64,000 nt of DNA from Anolis carolinensis (GCF_035594765.1 NC_085845.1:127426897-127490896); one strand, 5' to 3'. Shown: positions 1-12,739, numbered from the stretch's first letter. Notes: generated by a model not told the origin, from the sequence alone. A program made the numbers and translations.

Positions 1-455
1 ATTTATACCTCTCCTCTATCTCCCCCGAAGGGGACTTGGGGCAGCTTACATGGGGCAAGCCTGGATAAAAACAATAACAATATACAATACATCAATAGAC
101 AAAAACTTACACAATTATAAAATTTAAACATTAACCTATAGAAATAAAAAACAGACTTAATAAAACATGGAAGTAAAACAGTGAGGTTGTAATAATAGGC
201 TAGGTAAAGTGTACATTTTATAAAGTTGTAAACTCGAGGTAACTGATAAAGTGCAGGAGAGTTGTGGGAGAGCAATTTGGGATGGGAGAAACCTTGAGTC
301 AATGTCAAATTAACCAGGAAAAATGCAAACGGTGCAGAAATGGTCATGGAACATGATTGTTATGGGGATGGGCAATCTTTATCCAAAGCCCTGTGTGAAG
401 AGCCAGGTTTTCAAGCTCTCCCTGAATGCCACCAGGTTGGGGGCTTGCCTAATTT
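1..455 (-). mobile_element. L2-clade LINE, 3' fragment
   Basis: Reverse strand reads IRQAPNLVAFRESLKTWLFTQGFG*, a typical L2 ORF2 C-terminus. It is followed by an AT-rich 3'UTR and the GTCCCC..GGAGAT tail shared with 41071-41672. Confidence 0.75.
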
Positions 456-959
456 TTAGGAATTATTTGTAGAATAAGTGTAAGGGTCTAAATCAGAATA
501 TATATAATATGTATAGTTTCTAACATTTTACCTATGACAATTGTCAGTGCCTGCTCCAAATAAAATTATGATAATGAGAATGACATGATGTATTTGTTTG
601 TTTTATATTCTGCCTTTTGCCCAACATGAAGTTCTGCCAAGTGCATATGTTCCATTGCCTTTGGGAAAACATGAAATTGTTGCTAAACTTTCCTGACTAG
701 GCTACTATAAAAAGCACTATTACTTATGCATATAGAAGAGGACTGACAAAATGAATAAAGGAAGTGATAATTGTCCTTTTTTTATCAAGATAAGGTTCAA
801 AAATGCTTAAAAGAGGAAACTTTAAAAACAGCAATAATCTTTCTAAATGCCATGCCTCTCACAGATTAATACTTTATTTTTGAGCAAGATGGGCATTAGT
901 GCTACAGGCCAGTGAACCTGACCTCAATACCGGAAACAATTTTATATAGGAATCTGTTT

Positions 960-1240
960 GCAAATATTTTGATGACAATACAGTGATTACTGATTAGCAG
1001 GAGCCAGCATGGCTTTGTCAGGCACAAATCTCACCCAACTAACTTAATATCTTGTTTGATCAGCTCACTAATTTAGTAAATCCTGGGAATGCTGTGGGTA
1101 TCATTTATCTTCATTCCAGAAAAGCATTTGTTGAGATCCCCATAATATTTTGATTAACAAACTGACCAAATGTGGAATGGATTGTAACTGCATGGAATTG
1201 TGTTTGGAAAACCTATTTCAAAGAGTTGTCATCAGCTGCA
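960..1240 (+). mobile_element. Degraded CR1 LINE reverse-transcriptase fragment
   Basis: Decayed translation SQHGFV..KS..TNLI...GNAVGIIYL..RKAF...H.ILINKLTKCG matches the CR1 RT motif region. Confidence 0.7.
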
Positions 1241-1604
1241 TTTCTCAGGAAGGGAATTTTCCATCTTGTTTAAAAGAAATGGTGGTATGAGCACTCCCTG
1301 AATTTCCTGGACTGAAACAACGATGGATCTATATCAAGTCTTCCTTTTTAGGGGAAAAGGTATCGATAAGACTGTTGCTTCTAGGTTATTTCCTGATGCA
1401 AAGGAAATCTCCTGTGCCTAATATGGCCAGGGAAGGCAAAGGAAAATCATAGAGAAATGCTGCCATGCACCCTAGAGAGCATGGAGTAAATTTGCAGACA
1501 CTTTTGGGGGAACGTTCAAGGAAATTGTTGAGTTTACTTCGTGGAGCAAAACACAAAAATGGCAAAGCCAAGGTTTGTTTTTTTATTTTTTAAACATATT
1601 TCCA

Positions 1605-1662
1605 AATTGTAGGTGGTTGAATCCAAGGACACAGAACCTGTGGATAGAAAGAGCCAACTGTA
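1605..1662. mobile_element. Tc1/mariner (Tigger-like) terminal remnant
   Basis: ggttgaatcc...gtggatagaaagagccaactgta resembles a Tigger-type right TIR ending in TA. Confidence 0.4.
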
Positions 1663-2633
1663 CTGGAATTTACAAATACAAAACAAGCTAATTTCTGCTA
1701 ATTTCTGAAACATTCCAGTGTGTTGTTTGCTTAGATTTATTTTAAAAGGAACGTATTAATGACCCAGAAGCAGTAATGATAAAATATGAACTAATCCACA
1801 ACTTCCACAACTCAATGTCTTCTCTTTCCAAATAGCTGCTGTCTACAGTTTCTTACTGATATCCATGGTTCACATGTTTCAGTGCCTTTTTGATCCGTGA
1901 AAACAGTAATGGGCAATCTAAATGGAATGATGAATTGGCATTCTGCATCTAAAGCCAGTTTATCTCATTCTAAAGCTGCAAGAAATTAACTAAGGACTTT
2001 ATACCACATAGTCTTTTCTCTGTTTCTCTGCATTGCTAAAACAGAATACCATGGAGGCAAGACCATTTCTGGTGGTTACCTATGAGACTCCACGGCAGCA
2101 GTGCAGGGAAATAGAGGGAAGACTGTGTTTTCAGAAGCCAACAAGAGAAAAGAGAGATAAGCTGGATAGAAATGGGGAAAGGCAGCGAAAAAACAAGTGA
2201 TGGCAACTGACCTCTTGCCATCACACAAGATGGAAAGGAATGGGACCTTGACAGTAGGGAATGAAAAAAGACAGTTCTCTCCACTTTTCCCCACTTCCAC
2301 CCCCCCTCCCCATTTGATGAGGTGCTATATCAACTTCTAAACAACAAGAATGAATATAATTTATTTAAAACATGTCTGTCAGCATAAATCATGCAATGAA
2401 ATTAATACTTAGTCTTTGGACAAAAGTGTGGCCAATACCATTAAAATGTTTTTTCTAATATTTACACTTTATAAGAACCTTTCCTCTTAGAAATTGAAAG
2501 AGGCATGATAGAAGGCATGACGTGAAAGTCTTGTCTATGCACAATAATTTGAAAGTGATTTCACTGTAACTTCCCTAGGCAACCTATTCCATTGACAAAC
2601 TTTGTATATTTAGGTATTTCATGGCAACATTAA

Positions 2634-3552
2634 CTTAGTCTCACTGAACGTTGAGAAAACCAAAGTGCTTTTCCAACAGGCACCAGCTAATCCCTCTGCA
2701 ATGCCAGGAATACAGCTTAATGGTGTCACATTAGAAAATGTTGACCATTTCCGCTACCTTGGCAGCTACCTCTCCACAAAAGTCAACATCGACACTGAAA
2801 TACAACACTGCCTGAGCTCTGCGAGTGCAGCATTTTTCAGAATGAAGCAGAGAGTGTTTGATGATCGGGACATCCATAGAGAGACCAAGGTGCTTGTTTA
2901 TAAAGCTGTTGTCCTCCCAACCCTGCTCTACGCCTGCGAAACGTGGATGGTCTACAGACATCACACCCAACTCCTGGAGCGTTTCCATCAGCGTTGCCTC
3001 AGAAAAATCCTGCAAATCTCTTGGAAAGACAGGTGGACAAATGTCAGCGTGCTTGAGGAAGCAAAGGCCACCAGCATTGAAGCGATGCTCGTACGCCATC
3101 AACTTCGCTGGACTGGTCATGTTGTCCGAATGCCTGATCACCATCTCCCAAAGCAGGTACTCTACTCCGAACTCAAGAACGGGAAACGTAATATTGGTGG
3201 GCAGGAAAAGAGATTTAAAGATGGGCTTAAAGCCAACCTTAAAAACTGTGGCATAGACACTGAGAACTGGGAAGCCCTGGCCCTTGAGCGCTCTAATTGG
3301 AGGTCATCTGTGACAAGCAGTGCTATGGAGTACGAAGAGGCACAAATGGAAGGCTTAAGGGAGAAACGTGCCAAGAGGAAGGCCCATCAAGCCAACCCTG
3401 ACCAAGACCGCCTTCCACCTTGAAACTGATGTCCTCACTGCGGGAGAACATGCAGATCAAGAATAGGTCCCTTCAGCCATCTACAGATCCATCCCCAAGA
3501 TAGCGAAGATGGAGGACCATCATCCTCGAACTACAAGGGATCACCTAAGTAA
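2634..3552 (+). mobile_element. RTE-clade LINE, 5'-truncated
   Basis: RT C-terminal ORF, (TAAG)n tail, and a perfect 11-bp TSD GGCAACATTAA at 2623-2633 and 3553-3563. Confidence 0.92.
2665..3423 (+). pseudogene. RTE LINE ORF C-terminal part (RT thumb region), truncated
   Basis: Motifs FRYLGS, KAVVLPTLLYACETW, QLRWTGHVVRMPD, GGQEKRFKD. The frame stops just before the C-terminal CPHC motif. Confidence 0.88.
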
Positions 3553-3648
3553 GGCAACATTAAAACCAAATCTATTCAGAAGAGGAAGGAACAATTGTTG
3601 AAACATGCTATCAAGTAACCTTCCTATCTTTTGATACCACCTCCATTG

Positions 3649-3650
<2 letters not shown>

Positions 3651-3700
<50 letters not shown>
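3651..3700. repeat. (ATT)n microsatellite, probably the tail of a minus-strand L2/SINE remnant
   Basis: Seen directly. It explains the poly-Ile ORF. Confidence 0.95.
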
Positions 3701-3701
<1 letters not shown>

Positions 3702-3710
3702 GTTTATTTA

Positions 3711-3970
3711 CTGGAGATCAACTGTGACCAGTAGTGCTGTGGAATTCAAAGAGGCACAAATGGAGGGTGAAAGGGAGAAACATGCCAAGAGGAAGGCGTG
3801 TCAAGCCAACCTGACTGGGACCACTTTCCACCTGGAAACAGATGCCCTAACTGCAGAAGAACATGTGGGTCGAAAATAGGATTCCACACTCACCTACATA
3901 CTCACCACCAAGACACTACAATTGAAGGGCCATCATACTCGAACAACGAGGGATCGCCTAAGTAAGTAAG
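3711..3970 (+). mobile_element. Short RTE LINE 3' fragment
   Basis: Homologous to 3298-3552, with a (TAAG)n tail and a 12-bp TSD TATGTTTATTTA at 3699-3710 and 3971-3982. Confidence 0.9.
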
Positions 3971-6109
3971 TATGTTTATTTATATCCCACTTTTTCTCTC
4001 CATAACATTAAAAACATTACAATACAATTTTAAATGTACAAATCAATAGAATATTAAAACAGTATTAAACATCATTAGTAACAGTCTATCCAATTTATTA
4101 ACAGAAACATGTTTGCTCCTTATCAACCTCTTAATTTACTTATATGTGACCCAGAGGCAAACAAAAATCAGAATAGCCAGAGGTATTTTTGAACTGCTTA
4201 TTTTTTCCAGCAAAAGTTTCAAAAGTTTCAAACAAAACTTTCCAGTCCCAGAATGATCCTTGTGCCAAGAAGAGTCAATGTATAAATTTGGAAAGTACAT
4301 ACCATTGCACTTTCTTCAACTGATGTTTCTGAGCCTTGTTTCTATATCATGGCTTTATTGTCCATAGCAAGTTTTGAAACTAGATAGAAGTGTGTGCCGA
4401 TTTAATATAGAACAGTTACATATTTGACCCGACTTCTTTTTCTAGTCATGCTAGTTCTTGTGGCCAAAGGTTATGCCATGGCAGAAGCTGATGGGGATAT
4501 AAGAACCAGTTTCCTTTAATGATAAGAGCCAGAAATGATGGATTGAAGAGTTCCCTCAGAGGTTTTAAAGCAAAAGATCAATTGTACTTATAGCAAGTTG
4601 GGACAAATCTACAGCTGCACTGGTTGAGATAGCTAATCCTTTAGCACCCCACAGGGAGAAAATGCTGCCTGAAAAGGTTTTTTTTTTCCAGAAAAACTAA
4701 TGTGGTACTCCTATATGCTTCACAGATTTTAGTGGGAATCTGGTATTTTGCTTAGAATCTAACCGTATGTCTTTAAAAACATCTATAGGTCTATTTAAAA
4801 GTATATGATGCTGACATAAGTGGAATCTATTTCCAAGCAAATATGCATTCTAATTTCTCCCACCCTTAGCAAAGTGGTTGAGGAGCTGGTGGAGGGATAC
4901 TTTGCTGGTCTCCAAGGAAAAGAGACTGATAGAACTCATGTCCTCGCATCATGTGCTAAGATGCAAAGAAGAGGAGGGCAAAAGTGAGTCTATTTAGGGC
5001 TCATTTACTTTCTTCTATCCCTCTTGTGACTTCATTGACCCTCCCTCTTGCCATCTTTCACAGTATAAATTGTCTGGTCACTTTGGGGACAGGTAGTAAT
5101 TTCCCCCTCCTCTCCTGCTAGTTCTCCTACATTCTTGTGGAGGACAATTGGCCAAAGGTAATGTCTTAAACCCTCTTTGACAGGAAGAGGTATAAGTTCG
5201 ATGAGCACATATTTTTTTACCTTTTCACATGGGGGAGGCCCCCTCCGGTGATGTTTCACCAGCAAGAATGGCATAATGGCAGGCGCGAGGGACAACTTCA
5301 TCCCGCATGCTGCTTCAAAGTGGCAATGCTTTCTCCATCATACAGACTCCATTGGAGGCAACACAACACGGGAAGCCTCTCGTGTTGTGGGGAAAGCATC
5401 TGGCTTTCCCTGTTGGGGGTGGAGTCTTGCAACATTATGTGATGGCCAGCATGAGGCTCTGAGGAAGAAGTGTCCCAAAAGTGTTTTAGGACGCTAAAAT
5501 CCCCTCATGTGATGAAGTCCTTAGTATCCATTTGGCAAATGATGGGAATCTGGAACTACCCCTACTGTGATCTGGAATGGAGAAATTATTGTTCTTGGGG
5601 TTGATCTTCACCATTTTCAGGAGCCATACAGTTTGAACGTTGACACCCTTAGGCAGGGCCGGCCCAAGGAAATTTTCAAGTGTAAGCGAAACAGGATTTT
5701 GGTGCCCCCCCCCCTCAAAAAAAACCCAATCACTGAGAAATAAAAGGTAGAAGGTAGAGGTGAATAGAATGGATAAAAGAGTTTACCTTACAACCAGAAG
5801 TTTATTAACAACATTATGTTCATATAGTAACATTACATAGAATTAACACCAATCTTGCATTTTAATAAATAAATATTTTAATAAACTTTGCAACAATTTT
5901 AATTTTTTTGTTATTTCTAGTCTACAAGTACTACACAAAGGTTTCCTGGTCATGATATCTCTTCAGAAGATTTTTCAGACTTCGGACTAGCTTCAGATCA
6001 GTTTTGTTTGGGAGAACGGAGCCCCAGGAGAATAGACACTTCCTTTCTCAGGAAGTGAACTCTTGTCCTTCAGAAGTGCCACGCCAGCGTGGACCATTGT
6101 AATGGGTGT

Positions 6110-6420
6110 AGCAAAGCAGGGGAAATCCAGTCATGAATCAATCAGGGCCAGCTAACACCTCCCAACAAAGTATTCCCATCATCAAAGTCTGGTAAATCCT
6201 CTGTTTTCTCACGGCCACAGACGGCAGAAGCACATACCATATCGCAAAGAACACCACTCTGAAAACGGGAATTCCAGACAGGAAACAATCAGGGCCAGCT
6301 AACACCTCCCAACAAAAAATTCACTCAGAGAGGAAACAGCCTGGCTGTAAATCTGCAAAGCCATTACATCCTTATTATTTTTCCTAATTGCAGCATTCAT
6401 ACTTGCCTCTAACAGACAAA
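6110..6420 (+). mobile_element. Penelope-like element fragments (duplicated aatcagggccagctaacacctcccaacaaa)
   Basis: The same motif occurs at 40615-40650 and 49890-49925. Confidence 0.65.
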
Positions 6421-6467
6421 AAAAAAATCAGAAATATTGTATATTCACAACCTTTAAGAAATAATAT

Positions 6468-6792
6468 CCCCTGATGGCACAGCATGTGAAAGCGCTGAGC
6501 TGCTGAAATTCTGGACTGAAAGGCCGCAGCAGATTTGAATTGGGGGACCAGAGTGAGCCCTCACTGTTAGCCCCAGCTTCTGCCAACCCAGAAGTTCAAA
6601 AACATGCAAATGTGAGTGCATCAATAGGTACTGCTCCAGCGGGAAGGTAACGCTGCTCCATGCAGTCATCCCACATGACCTTGGAGGAGTCTACGGACAA
6701 CGCTGGCTCTTTGGCTTAGAAATGGAGATGAGCACCAAACCCCAGAATCAGACATGATTGGACTTAATGTCAGAGGAAAAACATTTACCCTT
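6468..6792 (+). mobile_element. Sauria SINE
   Basis: Diagnostic body aaacatgcaaatgtgagt..tcaataggtac..gggaaggtaac and an ACCTTT-like tail. Homologous to 37436-37762 and 51490-51795. Confidence 0.88.
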
Positions 6793-6880
6793 TAGGGTTG
6801 TTGTATGTCTTTCAGGCTGTGTGGCCATGTTCCAGAAGTATTCTCTCCTGATGTTTCGCCCACATCTATGGCAGGCATCC
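6793..6880 (-). mobile_element. Penelope-like 3' end fragment
   Basis: ttctctcctgatgtttcgcccacatctatggcaggcatcct matches 49600-49650. Confidence 0.7.
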
Positions 6881-7467
6881 TTGCTGAGGAGCAACCTGAT
6901 TTTATTTTGGATTTATCTTGATGCCTAGGCTGTTTTCTTCCAGGGAAGCTGGGATGTTTGGTCTTGGTGAGACCTATTGCCCCAACTGTTCCTACATTAT
7001 GTTTTCTCTTCCCTTTTAGTTTTTGTTTGTCACTAAAAACATTTAAATAGGAAACAATTAATAAAGCTGCACTTATTTCAGTCCATATCTTTTGTCTGGT
7101 CTGATTATTCCATTGATTGGTCAGAGAAGAATTTAGACCTCCCTCAGACCATATATATGTAGCCCAATCCTATAGTCACATGGTGTACCTAGTCTAGGCC
7201 TATGCAAGCAATGAACAAAAATTTAAATACTTATTATTAAATTGGAGGGGGGGAACAAGGTGGCAAATAGTTTCTAAAGCATTTCTAAAATATCATAAGG
7301 AGTCCGTTTCATAACTCTAATAATATAACTTTTTTTGTTCTTTTCAAAAAGTTTCAGAATGTTTCACACATACACTGATTTTCAGAAATTTAAAAAAGTT
7401 TTTATGAACTTTTTTTAAAAAAAAAAACTACAAGAGCTCTCTCCTTGAATTTCTGTTTTCATTAATA

Positions 7468-8300
7468 ATAACAGACTCCCAAAATTGTGCTTCTTAGAAC
7501 AATCTAATGGCCAAAACCAAGATTCATGGGCAGAACAACTAACTAGGTATCTTCACATCTGTGGATTACAAATTACTTCCTTAGGCCAGAATAGGGAAGC
7601 TGAAAGAAGGACAGTAACCCAAAGGATCCTAGATATTGAAGCCCAGAAAGACATAGCCACCCTGTCAAACACAGGATCTCTGAAGTGGTTAGGATGTTTT
7701 AAACGTAATTTCCAGCGGGCATTATACCTAAAAGCAGATATGCCAAGACACCTAAGAATTGCGTTCACCAGGGCAAGATTCGAACAAAGGGAGTCCATGG
7801 AGAGATATGGCAGATTCAACCACATCCCATATGAAGAAAGATTATGTATTTGTGGCGCCCTTGAAGTCGAAAATTTGAACCACACTTTGCATAATTGTAA
7901 CTTATACGAAAAAGAAAGGAAACAATACTTATGGCCTTTTATTTGTAATAAAACAAGCTGGGACATAGCAGCCAAAACTACATTTTTATTGGCCGGTTAT
8001 AACCCCATTGTGACAACAAAAGTGGCCCTGTATTTGTTAAAAGCTGCTAAAAGGAGATCGGAGTACATAGATCAGATTGGGGTGCAGTGTAGGGGAGATG
8101 AGGATAGTTGATGCATACATTAGATATGCATTGATGCATACATGAGGATAGTTGATGCTAAGCTACATTGGCACCAAGCTGGCAAATACCTGTATATTTT
8201 TATTTTATTTTAAGTGTACCAGATGTATGTTGTATTTCATGTTTGTATTGTCTGTGCTTGATAAGGCCAACTGGCTAATCAATAAATAAATTGTTGTTGT
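7468..8300 (+). mobile_element. 5'-truncated LINE, probably RTE-X clade
   Basis: ORF 7485-8111 has AFTRARFEQ..GRF.HIPYEERLCIC..VE..H...C (CCHC-type C-terminus). AATAAA plus (TTG)n tail. 14-bp TSD TGTTTTCATTAATA at 7454-7467 and 8301-8314. The clade call is from motif recognition. Confidence 0.8.
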
Positions 8301-8417
8301 TGTTTTCATTAATACAACATAACCAGGGCAACATTCCCCTCAAGTTTCAGAAAGATTTTCACATCCACTGATTTTTAGGGAATTTTAATCAACATATCCT
8401 TGACAGTATTATTTCAC

Positions 8418-8510
8418 TAGAAGACTCCAGGGGCCATCCAGTCCAACCCCTTTTTTCCAGGCAGGAAAAACACAGTCAAAGCACCCCCAACAGATGCCCA
8501 CCCAGCCTTT
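8418..8510 (-). mobile_element. CR1 3' end fragment
   Basis: Reverse complement matches 15916-15990 (ggggttggactggatggcc). Confidence 0.65.
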
Positions 8511-9261
8511 GAAATAATAATTATAATTATAATTTGAAATCTACTAGGTAAACTTTGGAGTTACTACCTCTCAACTTTGCCTACCTCACAGGGTTGATTC
8601 AACTCCAAACAATCCGCGTTTATCTCAAAATCCCTTTAGGAAATGAACACAGGTTTTTGCCCACTAAAACTTTCAGGGAGGAGGAGGAGAAGGAGGAGGC
8701 ACAAGGTGATAAGTAGAATTCTGGAAAAAGTTGTTTGGGAAGACAAGAACCCCAGTGGCAGAAAATTCAAAAGGCCCTGCGCTAAACTACATTCCCCAGA
8801 ATTCTGCTCACTTGAGTTGGTTCGGGCATTCAAGCCTCAATGTGATGGTCTCTGACTGTCTCTCTCTGGGCTGGCCATGTGCCGGAGGAGCTTCTTCCTT
8901 GCCTGGACATCCAGCCAGGCATCCCTCCCTCCTGCCCTCCCGCTGCCCTGAGCCCTTCTCTTGCCCCCTCTGGGGAAAGAGCAGAGCTTCTCCCCCGACT
9001 CTGGTCTCACCAACCTCCTTGTGGCCCCATTGGGGGAACCAAACCCAGCCCTTTTCAGGAAGAAGCGGCACTCACAATGGAGACTTGTAGCCATTTACAA
9101 GACTTACATAACTCTTTTGAAAGTCATAGGACTGTGTTTTTAATCTGATGTTTTTTCCTGTGGACACCACCCACATTTCTTCATGTTGAATCATGTGTAC
9201 AAACCTTATGAAATAGATATGACAAATGAGGCACAAACAAATTTTTGCACCACCCTAGCAC

Positions 9262-9455
9262 CTACACTGCAGAATTGATTATGTGACCCTACTTTACCTG
9301 CTATGATATAGAATAATGGTAGTTGTAGCTTTACAAGATATTTAGCCTTCTTTGCCAAAGAGTGTTGGTGCTCATCAAACTATAATGATACGATTCCATA
9401 TCTTTGATCCATGACAGTTCACGTGGTGTCAAACCACATAAATTCTACAGTGTAG
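9262..9455. mobile_element. Palindromic MITE (CTACACTG..CAGTGTAG, Harbinger-like)
   Basis: Imperfect long inverted repeat. Homologues at 23760-23972 and 34662-34850. Confidence 0.6.
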
Positions 9456-9496
9456 CTGAAGCCACAGCTAACCCTATGGAATCAATGAGTTGAGAT

Positions 9497-9774
9497 CAGG
9501 GCCATAGCCAGAAAAAATTTTTGGAGGGGGTTTTGAAATTTTTTGGGTGGGCAGGGGGTTGAACCTCTAGACCCCCCCCCCCCTTGGCTACAGACCTATC
9601 AATATCTGCTTGAGATAGTGCCTGGAGGGACTCTTAATTTTTTGTCTCATAGACTTAGCATGGGAATTTGGTTAACCAGTTAAAATTAATGAGTAAACCA
9701 GGGTTTTTTTAACCTGAAAATTTTTGGGGTGGTTTGAACCCCTAACCCCCCCCCCCCCCCCCGCTACAGGCCTG
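9497..9774. mobile_element. Non-autonomous hAT transposon
   Basis: Termini CAGGGCCATAGC / GCTACAGGCCTG and a perfect 8-bp TSD GTTGAGAT. Confidence 0.88.
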
Positions 9775-11180
9775 GTTGAGATCCATTAAATTATACAGGT
9801 GTGGGTTATAAGGATGAAGTTCTAAATCCATTTATTGGGAAGTGTATCTCCCTGAATAAAATAGTACTTTCTTCTTAGCTAATGTTCAAGTGGTGAGACT
9901 ATAAGAAGCTGTCAGTTTTCAGCCACAACCAAAGTTACCTTGAAAGGATTTCAACAGAACGACAACATGCTTAGCATACTATGTGCAGAGAGCTCCACAA
10001 ATAGCCTTGATGCACAGTGACTCAAGTGAAATTGTGCCTATATGAAAGTGCCACATTTCAGTTGTGAAGCTTTCTTTTTGTGTCTGCATGTGTGCCTCCC
10101 ACAAAGGCTTAACCGCATAAACAACAGGGTTGTTTTTTATGTATTTGTGTAATCTCCCCAGAAAAATATCTATTACAGTCTAAATCTTTCAACATCTTGC
10201 TTAGCTGCAAGTATATCACCATACCAGAGCTGAAACCTTGAAATCCTTCCCCTGTTTTTTCCCCATGCTGTGTAAAATATTTGCTTCAAAGCTGAAGCCA
10301 GATTATCTCTCTCATAATTCCAGCCAAGGGCCAGCTACTTACAAGCATTGGGAATAACCTTCTGCAATCTCAAGAGTGAGAATGTGTAGCAAGAGGCCCA
10401 TCTCCACAGACAATAAAAGCAAACCATTCATACAAGTGTAAAGGATTCGCTTTCAAAGAGCAATTAATACTGCCTGTAGCTACTGTATTTGGCTTAAAAA
10501 ACAAGGAGATTTCTAATACCCCCATGCAATGTTCTCTGCCACATGAAACAAACTCTTTTTTTTGTGCCATTAGGGCTATTTTGCTACTTCATAAGAACAG
10601 CTTGTGAGGAGCAGAGTCTCGGCAGTGTGGGAGATTTACAAAAAAAGATAGAAAAGCAACAGTTACTGTTATTTTTTAAAAAAGAAAGTACCATAAAACA
10701 GTAGTGCCATTAGCTAGTGATATTGTTGAGATAAGCTCCACATTAAAAGGCATTATCGTGTTAGCCTGTGAACCACAGGCTATTCCACAAAAAGACTATA
10801 AAGCAGCAGCTGTAAACTTACATAAAATGTTATCCACTGTGACCCAGCTAGTGAACAAATGCCCAAACGATATCTCCTTTGTGGCTGAATGTTCTTACAG
10901 CTAGATCGTACGTTATTGAAGTGAAGGAATTCTAAACTCCCAAATGCTTTACATTTTATAGGGGGCTTACATTTCTGTATCAGCACAATCTTCTTTCATG
11001 TTTGGTGGCCTTGTATTATACAAAAGATGCCCATGGGATTTATAAGGACATAAGAAGGGAGAATTTACAAACCACAGATATTATGTGCACATTTTTATTA
11101 GCCAATGCATGTGATATTGCTTGTCTTTGCTAATAAGGTGAGTGGACATGAACTTTTTAAAAATTCTGTGGCATAGGTGA

Positions 11181-11217
11181 ATTGCATCTCAGCTCTTTGG
11201 CTAAGATCAAGTGTAGT
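11181..11217 (+). pseudogene. RNU2: 3'-truncated U2 snRNA pseudogene (U2 nt 1-37)
   Basis: attgcatctcagctctttggctaagatcaagtgtagt matches vertebrate U2 ATCGCTTCTCGGCCTTTTGGCTAAGATCAAGTGTAGT at 32 of 37 positions. Confidence 0.85.
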
Positions 11218-11513
11218 TGTTGGCCACATTGTCAGCCCTCAACAAAAGAGTTTTATGTCACGTTAGGGGTGCTATAAACATAACTTTATTTTTGCCTAAC
11301 AATTATTTATACTGTCTTTCCCACCAAACAAAAGTGATCAATGGCTTGGCTCGATAAAAGCAATGTTTGGATATGTGCTTCATTGCCATATTCTGAAAAC
11401 CCTGGTAGAATTTGGCATGGCATCAGCATTGCCTACCCTCTGAGAGCTATATAAGAACTGCAACATCATGATATGGGCTGTAGAAGATGAGACCACAATT
11501 TTAGATCTGCTGT

Positions 11514-11944
11514 TAGCTTTAAGCCCATCTTTAAATCTCTTTTGCTGTCCACCAACATTCCTATTTTTCATTCTTGATCTGAGAGTAAAGCAACTGCTTT
11601 GGAAGATGGTGAACAGGCATCCGGACAATGTGGCCACTCCAACGAACCTAAAATGAACCTTAAAAATGTGGCATAAACACAGAGAACTGGGAAGCCCTGA
11701 CCCCCGAGCACTCTAATTGGAGGTCAGCCATTACCAACAATGTTGTGGATTTGAAGAGGTATGAATAATGGGTGAAAGAGAGAAATGTGTTCATCAAGCA
11801 AACTTTTTTCAGGAGCACCTTACATCAGGAAATTTACTCACTGTGAAAGATCATGAGGATCCAGAAAAGGTATCTGCAGTCACCTACGGACCCACCACCA
11901 AGACCCCTGGAAGACAATTATACTCTGCCATGTGATAGCCGATG
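11514..11944 (+). mobile_element. RTE LINE copy with an inverted 5' segment
   Basis: 11514-11640 is the reverse complement of an RTE segment (GHIVRMP..GGQQKRFKDGLKAN). 11656-11944 continues it in sense orientation. TSD AGATC(T/A)GCTGT at 11503-11513 and 11945-11955. Confidence 0.85.
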
Positions 11945-12739
11945 AGATCAGCTGTGGGGTGAATCAGAGTTGTCTAGTCAGCCCAATTCTTTTCAGCTTT
12001 ACTATGGTGTCCCTCCTTCATGATATTATCAATGGTCTTTGGGCTTCGATCTATACAGAATCATAGTGAGCATTTTAACTTTTGATGGTGATTTGGTAGT
12101 TGGGATACCCGAATGGATTGATAACATGCTAAATGCCACTGCATGCATTGTGGATTGGATGGGTCTGGACTTTAATGTTAAATGTTCCTCTCTATCAACA
12201 AAATATTGAAAGATCAGGTTCTACTTATATCTTTACTGTCCAAGAGGAAACCATGACTCATTTCAAAGAAGGAGATACTCATCAACATCTGGGTACTTTT
12301 CTGAGGTGCTTATAGAGGTAATAGAAGGGGAGTTGACTCGTCTTGTTGTGGTGAAGGCTGCTCCTGCATTTGCTAAATCTTTATCTCATGAATCAATCTG
12401 GAGATCAAGCCATAAGAAATAAGATACAAATGCTATATAGTATATAGGATGGAAATGGATAAAGATAAAGATATAAAGATTGCCTCACAAAGAAACAAAT
12501 ATGTAAAAAGAAAACAATCCTCGTGTTGGTGGTGGGAATTGTAAATGTTTTGTATGTCTACAGTATGTATTTTTTGTGTTTTTAAAAATAAAAAATTTGC
12601 TTATTAAAAAAAGCTAAATCTTTATCTCCTGGAGTAATGGGCAAATTGAAACCTCCCCCTATGGATGCTTCAATGGCTGGATTGGTATTGCATTCTCTGT
12701 GTACTCTGTTTACTTTTTTAATCTGCAAAATTTTGACTT

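Larger units (their letters stand above)
5654..6880 (+). mobile_element. Composite non-autonomous hAT element (CAGGGCCGG terminus) with Penelope and Sauria SINE cargo; right end lost
   Basis: The first ~90 bp match the ends of the TSD-flanked copies at 22329-22627 and 40214-40999. Internal Penelope-like pieces are shared with 40580-40830. Confidence 0.65.

Noticed and set aside
8643-8855. Shared peptide with 26544-26825 (RILxxVVWExK) as a gene family
   Set aside because: The similarity is at the DNA level and comes from a hairpin-containing repeat. The frame is not preserved.
11181-11217. Functional U2 snRNA gene
   Set aside because: Only 37 nt, with five mismatches and no Sm site or 3' stem-loops.
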